Shown here in pieces: positions 44,331 to 53,495 of a stretch of 64,000 nucleotides of DNA (positions are counted from its first letter, which is position 1; every line of letters starts with the position of its first letter). The notes beneath the pieces were generated by a model. That model was not told where the DNA came from. It ran no database searches and worked only from the letters and a program-made list of their open reading frames with translations. The translations under genes were made by a program, and so were the position numbers. The stretch spans positions 1-64,000 of IMG/VR virus record IMGVR_UViG_3300021376_000028, one strand, 5' to 3'. The DNA comes from a virus.

Positions 44331-44764
44331 TACTGAATCCTTTCCGGGAAACTATCATTGCTAGTTACAGTTGTTGTAATATTAATTGATTCGTTATTGA
44401 TTCTGGCAATCGTATCAATACGGCCAGTCATTTGTGCTGACTTACTGTGAGCTTTTGGTCTAGCACGAACCTGAGTATTTGAGAAATTGTTTTCGGGATC
44501 CAAAATCTCAATGTTTGGATCATTGTTGCTATTACGCTGATCTTGAGCTTTAGTCATACGATTTACCGCAGCTACAAGATTAAGAAGAAGACCAGCATTA
44601 AACTGAAAGCCTTTGGTTGTGTAACAGATAAAGTTAGAATCAACTTGCTCAATACGGCAAACCACGCCATAATCGTTATCTTCATCCTCAATCTCCAAGC
44701 CCATCAATTTATCATCAATAAGCTCTGCCTTTGACTTGTTGTCAGGTATGAACATACTAATCAC
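44330..44764 (-). CDS. Hypothetical protein
   Basis: ORF track. Confidence 0.6.
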   Translation of the reverse strand: MISMFIPDNKSKAELIDDKLMGLEIEDEDNDYGVVCRIEQVDSNFICYTTKGFQFNAGLLLNLVAAVNRMTKAQDQRNSNNDPNIEILDPENNFSNTQVRARPKAHSKSAQMTGRIDTIARINNESINITTTVTSNDSFPERIQ

Positions 44765-45112
44765 CTATCGCTTTCATTAAACTTATCATTAGACTTATTC
44801 GCTGACTCATGGGGTCACCCATTGGGACAGCCTATCAGACAGAAAATTCATACACTACACATAGAACACATTTTTTTTTGGCTGACGGAATCGGCCGCTA
44901 AACAGCGAATTCTTTATGAAAGCCTAAAAAGAAGAGATCGCACAAAGCTGCCGCAAAGCCTGCCGCGAAGCTTGCACAAAGACTGCGATCAAGCCGGGAA
45001 TAAATCATCAATTAAATAATTAACGCCCCGTGATTTTATTTAAAATTATCCTAAAATTGAGTATGCGTTTCTTGGGGTATCGCAGCGTTTTGCTTTTTTC
45101 CCGATTTCCAAA

Positions 45113-45931
45113 CTAATCTGGCTTAACGATATTGCGCTCTAGCCAGTTAGCCATTACGCCTTCATATCTCATACGACCCCAATGAGTCATTTCAATAGAT
45201 GGATCTGTCCAAACTTTACCGCCAATTTCTTGCCAGTATCTACAGAATCCATAATCCTCTGATAAGAATCTGTGCTTGACATCATCAACATAAGAATTAA
45301 AGAAAGCGTATGTCCATTCACCTTCTTCTTTTGTAAGACCGCCTGTATCATCAACATATTTCAAATGGGGGTATGCTTCTATAAGTTTGAAAATAGTTTC
45401 TCTTTTTATGAGCATAAAACCAGTACCGGCATCATAAACAGAAATAGCACCCTTATCAACCTCAACACGGTTATTGACAGGATCTGCAATAGCATTAACA
45501 ACATATCTCAAACCGTGCTCTAATAACTTATCTGGCTCCACGCCATTTTTTGCAGCCAAAGCAACAGCTTCCCAGTTTACATTTTTAATTGGATAAGACC
45601 CGGTAACAACATCTTTATCATGCCATAAAAGTTTTATAATGTCATCAGGAATAAAAGCAAGGTCACAGTCAATAAACATGATATGAGTGAACTCTTCATT
45701 GGCCATAAACTTGGCAACCATCTGGTTTCTTGATCTAGAAATTAAAGAGTCAGAAAGCGTGCAAACTGAAAATTTTAAGCCGACTTCTTTAAAAGCCATG
45801 GCTGTTCTAATTAAAGACATAACAGTAGGCTCAGATATTAATTGGTCATAACATGGTAAAGCTAACATTGGATACCACTCAGCAATTTGCTCAGCGTTAA
45901 TCTCAATGGTTTCTTCTTGGAAAATTGTCAT
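45113..45931 (-). CDS. GT-A-fold glycosyltransferase-like protein
   Basis: SLISRSRN..FTHIMFIDCD..GTGFMLIKR..LSEDYGFCR; TATAAT 7 nt before ATG. Confidence 0.75.
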   Translation of the reverse strand: MTIFQEETIEINAEQIAEWYPMLALPCYDQLISEPTVMSLIRTAMAFKEVGLKFSVCTLSDSLISRSRNQMVAKFMANEEFTHIMFIDCDLAFIPDDIIKLLWHDKDVVTGSYPIKNVNWEAVALAAKNGVEPDKLLEHGLRYVVNAIADPVNNRVEVDKGAISVYDAGTGFMLIKRETIFKLIEAYPHLKYVDDTGGLTKEEGEWTYAFFNSYVDDVKHRFLSEDYGFCRYWQEIGGKVWTDPSIEMTHWGRMRYEGVMANWLERNIVKPD

Positions 45932-45945
45932 ATAGAAAATTATAC

Positions 45946-45987
45946 AAAAAAAAATGGGCCTGGGAGTTACCCAAGCCCATTTTTTTT
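45946..45987. terminator. Intrinsic terminator
   Basis: A-run-TGGGCCTGGG..CCCAAGCCCA-T-run. Confidence 0.75.
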
Positions 45988-46006
45988 AATTTTGTTTACA
46001 AATTAA

Positions 46007-46363
46007 TTAGGCATTATTCCTGGAAGAAGTCTTGACAGACTTAACATCCTTAGCCGTAACACTGCTCTTTGCATTCTCTGAGTTATTTTCAGCAACAGTT
46101 GGGCAGCGGTAGAACAGTTTGTTTTCGTTCCGATCAAAGTGAATCGTAACTTTCATGTCAAGTTTCTTGGCTTGAGCACGAATTCTCTGCTGTAAAGAAT
46201 TAAACTTCTTACCAGGCTCAACATTTGCGATCATCTTAACCGCTCCCGTCTTGCTGGAATCAATCAAAGAATCAATGATTGACTGAAGTTCTGCCGATGT
46301 TCTACCCGACCGAGTGATCTGGGGAAAACTATCAACATTCTGGATACTGATGTTCATTGTCAT
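46007..46363 (-). CDS. Basic hypothetical protein (possible DNA-binding)
   Basis: SD AAGGA before ATG46363; own terminator. Confidence 0.6.
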   Translation of the reverse strand: MTMNISIQNVDSFPQITRSGRTSAELQSIIDSLIDSSKTGAVKMIANVEPGKKFNSLQQRIRAQAKKLDMKVTIHFDRNENKLFYRCPTVAENNSENAKSSVTAKDVKSVKTSSRNNA

Positions 46364-46507
46364 TTCCTTATTTTTGCGAGAGCACCTTGCTCTCTGTTGA
46401 ACGTCATCGTAGCAGTCACCCAACTGAATTGTCGGTTGTTTCTCAATGAATTATAAAATTCTTTGTTTGCCCAAAAGACTGGTGCCGGTTGGTTTCGGAA
46501 AAGACCG

Positions 46508-48259
46508 TTAGATAATCTCTAACCATTTTTTATTTTCTTCACTATTTAATTCATGCTTGCTATACCCATCAACAAAGGTTTTAATATCAGAGTTATAAAC
46601 TGTCACAGTTCCATAATCTTCCATGTCTTCTAAATCCTCAACCGCTCTTGGATCTTCAACACCATATATTTCAACTTCAAGTTCTAACTCTACGGCCATG
46701 TTGTCAATAGAATTAAAAACAGAACCGGCCAAAGCATCAGCCAAATCCTTACTTCCAGAATTGGGATGGTCAATTTTATTATTGGAAAAAAGTCTTAATT
46801 TCAACAATTCTTCCTCAACAAGAAGTTCATTCCAATACCCCCTCAGTCTTGTGTCATAAATTGAAGTCATCAAGGTGTCATAGTCTGTCTTCTTAACGCT
46901 ATGGAAATCTGCATTAATGCCTTGAGCCCTTAAGCTTTGGATCATTTCAATTGATTGCCAACGGTCAAAAGTCACCTTAGCAACATCAAATTTTCTACAC
47001 AAATCTATAATCATTTGTCGCACAGAAGCAAAGTTAATTTCGGCACCGGGGCTTGCTTCCCAAGCATGAACAAAATCAACATTAATGATCGGCAACTTTT
47101 CAATCCCCATTGAAGTTTTGACTTCTTTAAAGCCAGAACAGTGAGTCATACATAAAGCCGATCTGTCTCGTTTTAATCCAAGGTCAACATGGATAAATCT
47201 CCTGTGTCCATCTTTATTGTTGAACCAGGGCTTATAAACTCCGTCTTCATCAACAGGGTTATCGCTGTGCATAAAAGCTTTTCTTACAAGATCTGCATCT
47301 CTAAAGTAAGCATCTTCCATGTTAGGTGGCTCACACTCAAAGCGAGCCTTTGCCTCAATTGGATTTCTGATGTATTCGGACTCAAGTTGCTCTCTTTGGA
47401 TAGTAGGGTTAACTTCCCAAGTTGCAGCTTTAATTGACCAAGTTTTAGGTTCTCCTTTCTCAATTGAGCCGAAGTACCTTTGCTGAATAAAGTCTCCTTT
47501 ATATCTTGGGAACGAAAGTAGAATAACTTTGCCGACTTCGGGGAAACGAGACATAACGGATAACTTACTCATGTTATAAATCGCTGAGGCTGAGCCTTTT
47601 GCTCGGATTTCACCTTTAACTTCTGCGTCCGTCTTAAAAGCTGATATTTCATCCAACACAACGGTTAAAACTTCATAACCTTCCCAACCTTCACTTTCAG
47701 AGTGACCAGAGAAACATCTTACAGGTCTGCTAAAGAAAAAAATCTCAGAGACTCTGGGTTCAAAACCAACTTGATTAAAAAACGGAGAACTCAACAAAAG
47801 GTTTTTGAGAGGTTCAAAGAAAACACGCTGAGCTTGTTGCGCATTAACGGCCAGGTTGAGCAAATCTATATACACACCGTTGGCTTTACCGTAATAACCA
47901 AGCGGGTCCTTTAAGCAATGTAATAAATAAGAAGTATATGCAATTGAGATCCTTGAGCAGTGGTCTTTTCCGCTACCCTTACCCAACATGCAAATCACTT
48001 CATTATCTGTATATTTCTTATAATAATCACTACCAGCTTTTGTACCCATTATCTTTTGTAATGTTTTTTCTTTAAAAATTTGCGTACTATGACGGACAAT
48101 TTCTGATTGAATTGGCGACAAATTAGGGAGACCAAGATATTTTTTATCAGTAACAAAAACGTCAATAGAAACTGGTTCTTCAACCAGTTCATCTTGATTC
48201 AACAATTTATCAAAATCTTCATAATTAAGATTGACACCAATAAAGTCAGACATAAACAC
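46508..48259 (-). CDS. terL: Terminase large subunit
   Basis: Walker A GKGSGKD, Walker B VVLDE, LLSFPR, nuclease HVDLG..D, FDRWQS, DHP..GSKDLADA. Confidence 0.9.
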   Translation of the reverse strand: MFMSDFIGVNLNYEDFDKLLNQDELVEEPVSIDVFVTDKKYLGLPNLSPIQSEIVRHSTQIFKEKTLQKIMGTKAGSDYYKKYTDNEVICMLGKGSGKDHCSRISIAYTSYLLHCLKDPLGYYGKANGVYIDLLNLAVNAQQAQRVFFEPLKNLLLSSPFFNQVGFEPRVSEIFFFSRPVRCFSGHSESEGWEGYEVLTVVLDEISAFKTDAEVKGEIRAKGSASAIYNMSKLSVMSRFPEVGKVILLSFPRYKGDFIQQRYFGSIEKGEPKTWSIKAATWEVNPTIQREQLESEYIRNPIEAKARFECEPPNMEDAYFRDADLVRKAFMHSDNPVDEDGVYKPWFNNKDGHRRFIHVDLGLKRDRSALCMTHCSGFKEVKTSMGIEKLPIINVDFVHAWEASPGAEINFASVRQMIIDLCRKFDVAKVTFDRWQSIEMIQSLRAQGINADFHSVKKTDYDTLMTSIYDTRLRGYWNELLVEEELLKLRLFSNNKIDHPNSGSKDLADALAGSVFNSIDNMAVELELEVEIYGVEDPRAVEDLEDMEDYGTVTVYNSDIKTFVDGYSKHELNSEENKKWLEII

Positions 48260-48330
48260 CTGGGTTGGGGCAGTTTGAAGGGTCTCTTTGTATAAGCGTA
48301 ATGTCTAAAATTACAGTCTCTTGGTATAAA

Positions 48331-48921
48331 TTATTTTTCAATTTCAGCCTCTTCAATTTCTTCTGTATCAATAACATCTTCTTTGTCCATAATCTCAAAT
48401 GCTATTGCAAGTTCCTTCCTAACAGCGTCTGCAATCTCTGGATATTTTGAAATAACATCTCTGAGAACTCTTGATAAGATTTGGTTCACACTTTCTGCCT
48501 TCTGCATTCTTGAAATATAATCACTATCAGAAGTGTTCATGCCCAATAGTTTATGCAACTGTGCTTTTTTGGTAGCTAACTCACCCGCTAATTTGATTGC
48601 CTGAATTCTCGCTGGCACCATGCCATGATCTGTAGCAATATTGATTGTTTCCCATGCTTCTTTGCTTAACTGGTCAAACTCTTGTAAAGCTTTGATTGTA
48701 TTAAACTGAACTCTTTCAAGAAAGTAAGGGTCTTCGTCCACCTGTTTAGAAAGTATTTTTTTATACTCTTCTATGTAGTCTTTGACTTCGCCGGGTTTTA
48801 ATGACATTAAAGATGATATTTCATGTATAGAATAACCTTTTACATGAAGTTGGCCTACATCTTCAACATCTTTTAATTTTTCAATTAAAGTTTGACTTTT
48901 TGCTCTTTCAATATCTGGCAT
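48331..48921 (-). CDS. Putative terminase small subunit / HTH protein
   Basis: N-terminal HTH (GYSIHEISSLM), helical; directly upstream of terL. Confidence 0.5.
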   Translation of the reverse strand: MPDIERAKSQTLIEKLKDVEDVGQLHVKGYSIHEISSLMSLKPGEVKDYIEEYKKILSKQVDEDPYFLERVQFNTIKALQEFDQLSKEAWETINIATDHGMVPARIQAIKLAGELATKKAQLHKLLGMNTSDSDYISRMQKAESVNQILSRVLRDVISKYPEIADAVRKELAIAFEIMDKEDVIDTEEIEEAEIEK

Positions 48922-49988
48922 ATTCTATTACCGTAATCTTTCACTGCAGACTCCCAAATCATTTCATCATATACTTTTACAACATTTTGGTATGTCTTGG
49001 CAGAAACTTCTTCATAAGAAGAAATTACATATAACATTTTATCACATAAATCTTGGAAATTTGGCTCTGCCCATTGCCCATGCCCTTCATATATACCATT
49101 CATGTTGGCTGTTCCCATTTTATAATCCAAAGCAACTGACAGCTCTGCATACTCCGTACATGCCGTAGCGTTAGTGCATATTGTTGGAATTGCTTTTGCC
49201 AAAGATTGATAAGGCAATAAACCCCAACCCTCCCCGCTTGTTGGATATATTAAGCAGTCAACTTGATCGTAAATTAAACTTAATTCGTTTGCTGGCAAAT
49301 CTACATCAACAACTGTTATGTTAGGCTGATTGTATACACTCTTCATTTCTCCATTTTTAAAAATTCTTGCATCTGGAGAATCAACGCTTTTATAAAGAAG
49401 ATGAACATCGTCTCTCTCGCCAAACAATTTTAAAAAAGCATTGACAGCAATCTGACTGTTTTTTCTTATTGAAGGAGAACCTATGCTTAAAAATGTAAAA
49501 GGTCGGTGTGGATACTTTTTCAAACTTGGGCTGTACAGGTTTTTATCTACCCCCAGTTTAAAATTGAATACAGGCACTTCTACGCCCGAATCAATAAACA
49601 CATTCTTTGCCCACCGCGAAGTCGTCCAAATCTCATCCATTTTGTTCATGTGCTCAACCCATTCTTTAGGCAAAGCATTTGTTTCCCAATACGAAAATCC
49701 GATATTGTACCCATTGCAATAAGAATAATCATTTGGAAGACGATTATTAATTAAAATATCACAATCAACATTTATACCTTGTGATTGATATTGAATACCA
49801 ATACCAGATGTAGTTAAAATTTGGACATCACTTGGTATTAAACATGTTTTTTCTATTTCAAACTCAAAAGAAGCAAGATGGTTGAAAATATTATCTTCGG
49901 CGTTCTTATATCCTTCATTTCTTTCTTGAGCTAAACTTGTTCCATTCCAAACAATTTTTGTCATATTATTCTTCTGGGTCAAATGCAA
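48885..49988 (-). CDS. Glycosyltransferase, GT-B/GT4-like
   Basis: YWET, RKN, PTSGEGWGLLPYQSLAKAIPTICT. Confidence 0.88.
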   Translation of the reverse strand: MHLTQKNNMTKIVWNGTSLAQERNEGYKNAEDNIFNHLASFEFEIEKTCLIPSDVQILTTSGIGIQYQSQGINVDCDILINNRLPNDYSYCNGYNIGFSYWETNALPKEWVEHMNKMDEIWTTSRWAKNVFIDSGVEVPVFNFKLGVDKNLYSPSLKKYPHRPFTFLSIGSPSIRKNSQIAVNAFLKLFGERDDVHLLYKSVDSPDARIFKNGEMKSVYNQPNITVVDVDLPANELSLIYDQVDCLIYPTSGEGWGLLPYQSLAKAIPTICTNATACTEYAELSVALDYKMGTANMNGIYEGHGQWAEPNFQDLCDKMLYVISSYEEVSAKTYQNVVKVYDEMIWESAVKDYGNRICQILKEQKVKL

Positions 49989-50721
49989 GTTCTCTACCAG
50001 AATTGTTAGCGGCTTTCTTTAATTCTACAAGCGAATAACCGTGTAGTTTTGTATATTGCACCCTGTAGTTGTACCAGCCAGATGTTCCTACCCAAAACTT
50101 TGGGTCTGTATCTTTTGCTAATTTTTCTAGTTCCTCTGCTTCAAGTAAGAAACTTAAAACACCCAAAGGCATATACACTGTCATGTCGTAATTTTCATGT
50201 TTTTCTTTTGCATATTCAGCCAAAAGGTCTTGGTACATTTTAATAATTCGCTTTACCGGCTCACCAGTAAAATGATCAATCTCTCCATTGGCATTTCTAA
50301 TTCTGGGGCAGTAACTGTCTACAGTTGTAATGGTTCCAAAAGTTCTACACACCATCGGGCGGTATTTATAAATAGTGCATCCGTTTTTGTAGAAAGCACA
50401 AAGCCTTTTGGATTCACCACCTGGTTGCCAACTTTCATCATACATGGCATCAATCAGGGCATTTTTAATACCATCAAACCATTCATCAGCAGCTTCTTGT
50501 CCCTTATCCTCTAATACCAAATAATAATTTTGATTTAAATTATAAGCTATATTGGCACACTCAGTCATTGGAATAACAAGACCAATGTGACAGCACTTAC
50601 CAGAGCCTAAGCACTTGTATTCGGTTGTGTTCTGCTTTGCCTCAATTACTCTAATTTGGTTATACACCATATCTAATTTTGCAAAAGTTGTAATATCTCT
50701 TGCTGTTACACTTCTTTTCAT
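49966..50721 (-). CDS. YkgJ/CxxCxxCC-like cysteine-cluster protein
   Basis: CLGSGKCC..CAFY..CTIYKYRPMVCR. Confidence 0.75.
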   Translation of the reverse strand: MKRSVTARDITTFAKLDMVYNQIRVIEAKQNTTEYKCLGSGKCCHIGLVIPMTECANIAYNLNQNYYLVLEDKGQEAADEWFDGIKNALIDAMYDESWQPGGESKRLCAFYKNGCTIYKYRPMVCRTFGTITTVDSYCPRIRNANGEIDHFTGEPVKRIIKMYQDLLAEYAKEKHENYDMTVYMPLGVLSFLLEAEELEKLAKDTDPKFWVGTSGWYNYRVQYTKLHGYSLVELKKAANNSGRELAFDPEE

Positions 50722-51035
50722 TTTCCTAATCCCTTTCTTCTTTTTCTATTCTCTTTTGCTCTTTGTCTTCTTCTTCTTTCAACCTCTAACTGCATTGCTG
50801 ATTTTGGTTTTCTTAAAGAAGTGGCGGCCAGGTTTCTTCCTTTGCCTCTAAATTTAAGCAAATCATATTTTTTTACCCAGTTATATAAGGCCTGGGGAGT
50901 TATAGTTATACCATAACTTTGCTTTAAAATTTTGCAAATATCCGTCAAGTTCATTCTTTTTTTGACATAATGTTCGTAAAGCCAAGTTTGATCTTTGTAG
51001 GGTTCGTTTGCCATTATTTGACTTTCCAATACCAA
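50718..51035 (-). CDS. Small HTH DNA-binding protein
   Basis: YKDQTWLYEHYV..LTDIC..ALYNWVKKY; basic C-terminus. Confidence 0.65.
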   Translation of the reverse strand: MVLESQIMANEPYKDQTWLYEHYVKKRMNLTDICKILKQSYGITITPQALYNWVKKYDLLKFRGKGRNLAATSLRKPKSAMQLEVERRRRQRAKENRKRRKGLGK

Positions 51036-51634
51036 AGGGAAATTCCCATTGCATCAACAATGTCATCGTCTTCTAAATTTGGAGTTTGTAAACCAAAACT
51101 TACACCGACAATTTCACGAACTCTTTGCTTTCTTTCATTTTTCATTTTAACCTGCAGAGATCCTTTTTGACCATTCTTTGCTAAATTTGCAGAGTCTTGC
51201 TTTGACAAATTTTTATAGCCGATGGCTGGCTTCCAAACAAGAGGGCTTACATCCTCTATCGTGGAACATTTGTCTGACAGCACCCCCCAAACAAACCCAA
51301 TGATATACGAAAGAATCCTGCTGGTCTGAAAATTTTGAATATAGACAGACTGTTCTATAACAGCACAATCTGGCTTGTATTCTTCAACAACCAACAGGAG
51401 TTCTTTTTTAATTTTTCTGAATTTATCTGACTGATCTTTATCTTTTACTAGATCAATTTTTCCATTTGCGATAAAGTTTTTTTCTCTGTCAACTATAGCC
51501 CAAGCAAGAGAATGAGAAGCTGGGTCAAGGGCAATAACCCTTGACCACTCATGTTTGCCAACTATATTTTTTAAACTCACACAAATATTATAACTCTTTT
51601 CTGAGCTTTTCTTCGTCCCAACCCCAAGAAACAA
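51014..51634 (-). CDS. ruvC: RuvC-like Holliday junction resolvase
   Basis: IALDPAS..AWA, AVIEQ, P..WK, DDDIVDAMGI; start uncertain. Confidence 0.8.
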   Translation of the reverse strand: MFLGVGTKKSSEKSYNICVSLKNIVGKHEWSRVIALDPASHSLAWAIVDREKNFIANGKIDLVKDKDQSDKFRKIKKELLLVVEEYKPDCAVIEQSVYIQNFQTSRILSYIIGFVWGVLSDKCSTIEDVSPLVWKPAIGYKNLSKQDSANLAKNGQKGSLQVKMKNERKQRVREIVGVSFGLQTPNLEDDDIVDAMGISLWYWKVK

Positions 51635-51935
51635 GTCGTTGTATAAATCTTTCTATTTTGCATTGTTCACAAAGATTTTCTTTATTATATTTTGACAATA
51701 CAGTTGTACAAGTTTTTGTTTTACAAATTCTTTTGTTGTTTTTATTTTTTTTATTTTCGTGATATTTTGCTAAAGTTTTTTGATTAGTTACAATTTTTCT
51801 ACACTCACTGGAACAATAAGTTGCATTGTATACTTTAGCAATAAAAATTTTTAAACAATCTTGGTTTGTGCATACCCGCTCTTCTTCTCCGAACATCGTC
51901 CTCCGGTTAAAAGGGGTCTTCAACCCCCGGCGCAT
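51588..51935 (-). CDS. Cys-rich Zn-binding hypothetical protein
   Basis: Four Cys pairs (C..C, YCSSEC, C..C, CEQC). Confidence 0.6.
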   Translation of the reverse strand: MRRGLKTPFNRRTMFGEEERVCTNQDCLKIFIAKVYNATYCSSECRKIVTNQKTLAKYHENKKNKNNKRICKTKTCTTVLSKYNKENLCEQCKIERFIQRLVSWGWDEEKLRKEL

Positions 51936-52647
51936 CCTCTGACCAGCACATCTTGGCTAAATCGCAGTTTTGACAATTTGCCGAGGTTCTCTTGTAAGGG
52001 TGCTTTGGCTTATTACCATCAACAAAATCTTGGTAGATCTTGTTGTATTTTTTAAATAACTTGTCAATAAAATCATCATCTTTTTCTATAAATATTGGCA
52101 AGATCTCTTGGTTATTTTTATTTTCGTAAATTACATATCCACTATTTAAATTCAAACATTTCATATATATTTGAGCTTGCCTGTAGTGTTCATCTTTTGG
52201 CTTGTTGTAGAGTTGTCTGTAGTGGAAGCCTTCTGAACTTATTGACTTTAGCTCAATTAATTTATGACCGTACCAGTCAATTATACCATCGGCAGTGCCT
52301 TCAATCGAAGGATTAGAATAACTTACAGGAATCTCCTCTGCAACTAAGATCCCAATATTATTAAAATATTTATAAAGACGATCATGCACAGCATGCCCAT
52401 TGTCAAATATCCTATGCGTTTGTGCGCTGAAGGATGTCTCCAAAACAACGCCCTCAAATAAATAATACCAATATCTAGCGCACTGGTTGGTATAACTGGG
52501 GTGGAAGCCACCTACTTTTTTAAATTCAGGTTTGTTCCTCTCATTTAAACTGCTGTCTATCTTTAATAACAACTCTTCGGTTATTTCAGCATCAGTCCTT
52601 GGAGCCTTTACCTCTTTGGGTGCCTTTAATACTTTTAAAGATTTCAA
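51907..52647 (-). CDS. Cas4-like PD-(D/E)XK exonuclease
   Basis: HPS..C.R, GTADG..ELKS, QAQIYM, C-terminal CQNC..C. Confidence 0.85.
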   Translation of the reverse strand: MKSLKVLKAPKEVKAPRTDAEITEELLLKIDSSLNERNKPEFKKVGGFHPSYTNQCARYWYYLFEGVVLETSFSAQTHRIFDNGHAVHDRLYKYFNNIGILVAEEIPVSYSNPSIEGTADGIIDWYGHKLIELKSISSEGFHYRQLYNKPKDEHYRQAQIYMKCLNLNSGYVIYENKNNQEILPIFIEKDDDFIDKLFKKYNKIYQDFVDGNKPKHPYKRTSANCQNCDLAKMCWSEDAPGVEDPF

Positions 52648-52964
52648 TTATTCGCTCCTTTTGCAGCAATTTTTAGTACATTTATATTTTCAGATAAAGC
52701 TTCATACATTGTTTTCCAAATGTCATTTACAAGTTTGTCTTGTTCACTCATCATAGTAGACTTTCTTTTAAAAGCCTGCGACTTAATAATCATTTGAGTT
52801 CTATAGGCAGCCAAAACATTGGCATATTTAATTGCTTGGACACCATGATAATCACTAGGATTATCAACAATATCTTGCACTACCCTCATACACTCTAAAA
52901 ACTCACGAGCTCTATCTCCCATAAGTTTTCCAATTAATTCTACATCGACAACAATGTCCGTCAC
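52644..52964 (-). CDS. Hypothetical helical protein
   Basis: Coupled ORF. Confidence 0.6.
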   Translation of the reverse strand: MTDIVVDVELIGKLMGDRAREFLECMRVVQDIVDNPSDYHGVQAIKYANVLAAYRTQMIIKSQAFKRKSTMMSEQDKLVNDIWKTMYEALSENINVLKIAAKGANN

Positions 52965-53494
52965 AGCAATTTGTCTCTTTCAGTTTTGTCAGCCCAGCCA
53001 GACGCTCGGGAGATTGCACCCAGTATATCGGGTAAAATTTCTGTGCAACTGTTTATTATCATGAGATTATCCATTATGTTGAAATCTTCAATTTTGGGAT
53101 ACAGTTCAGATCTAAGCCATTCTGGTCTATCATGGTAAACCTTCTGTAGATACTCGTTCACTCGGTCAATATATTCACCTGGTAAATAACCGTTGTAATG
53201 CCCGTACACTTTTTTATTTAAGGCTCTAGCGTACCCAACCTCAACACAAACACCAGGGTCGGCAGAAGGTCCACGGAAAGGTTGTAAGTTTGCCACAATG
53301 CAATCTGCCATATTAATTTTTGCAAGATTGATTTCATATATCTCTTCGTGTTTTACAACTTTTTCGCCCTGGTATCCGTTGTCTATGGGTAAAATTGGTT
53401 CAACATTATAGTTTTCACAAATAGATGCTATGAAATCAAACCAGCCCTGATCGTATTTTCTTAACACATCAGGTCCAGCAAAATAAATTTTCAT
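52961..53494 (-). CDS. Nucleoside 2-deoxyribosyltransferase-like protein
   Basis: KIYFAGP, ADCIVANL.PFRG.SADPG..EVGYA. Confidence 0.85.
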   Translation of the reverse strand: MKIYFAGPDVLRKYDQGWFDFIASICENYNVEPILPIDNGYQGEKVVKHEEIYEINLAKINMADCIVANLQPFRGPSADPGVCVEVGYARALNKKVYGHYNGYLPGEYIDRVNEYLQKVYHDRPEWLRSELYPKIEDFNIMDNLMIINSCTEILPDILGAISRASGWADKTERDKLL

Positions 53495-53495
53495 T

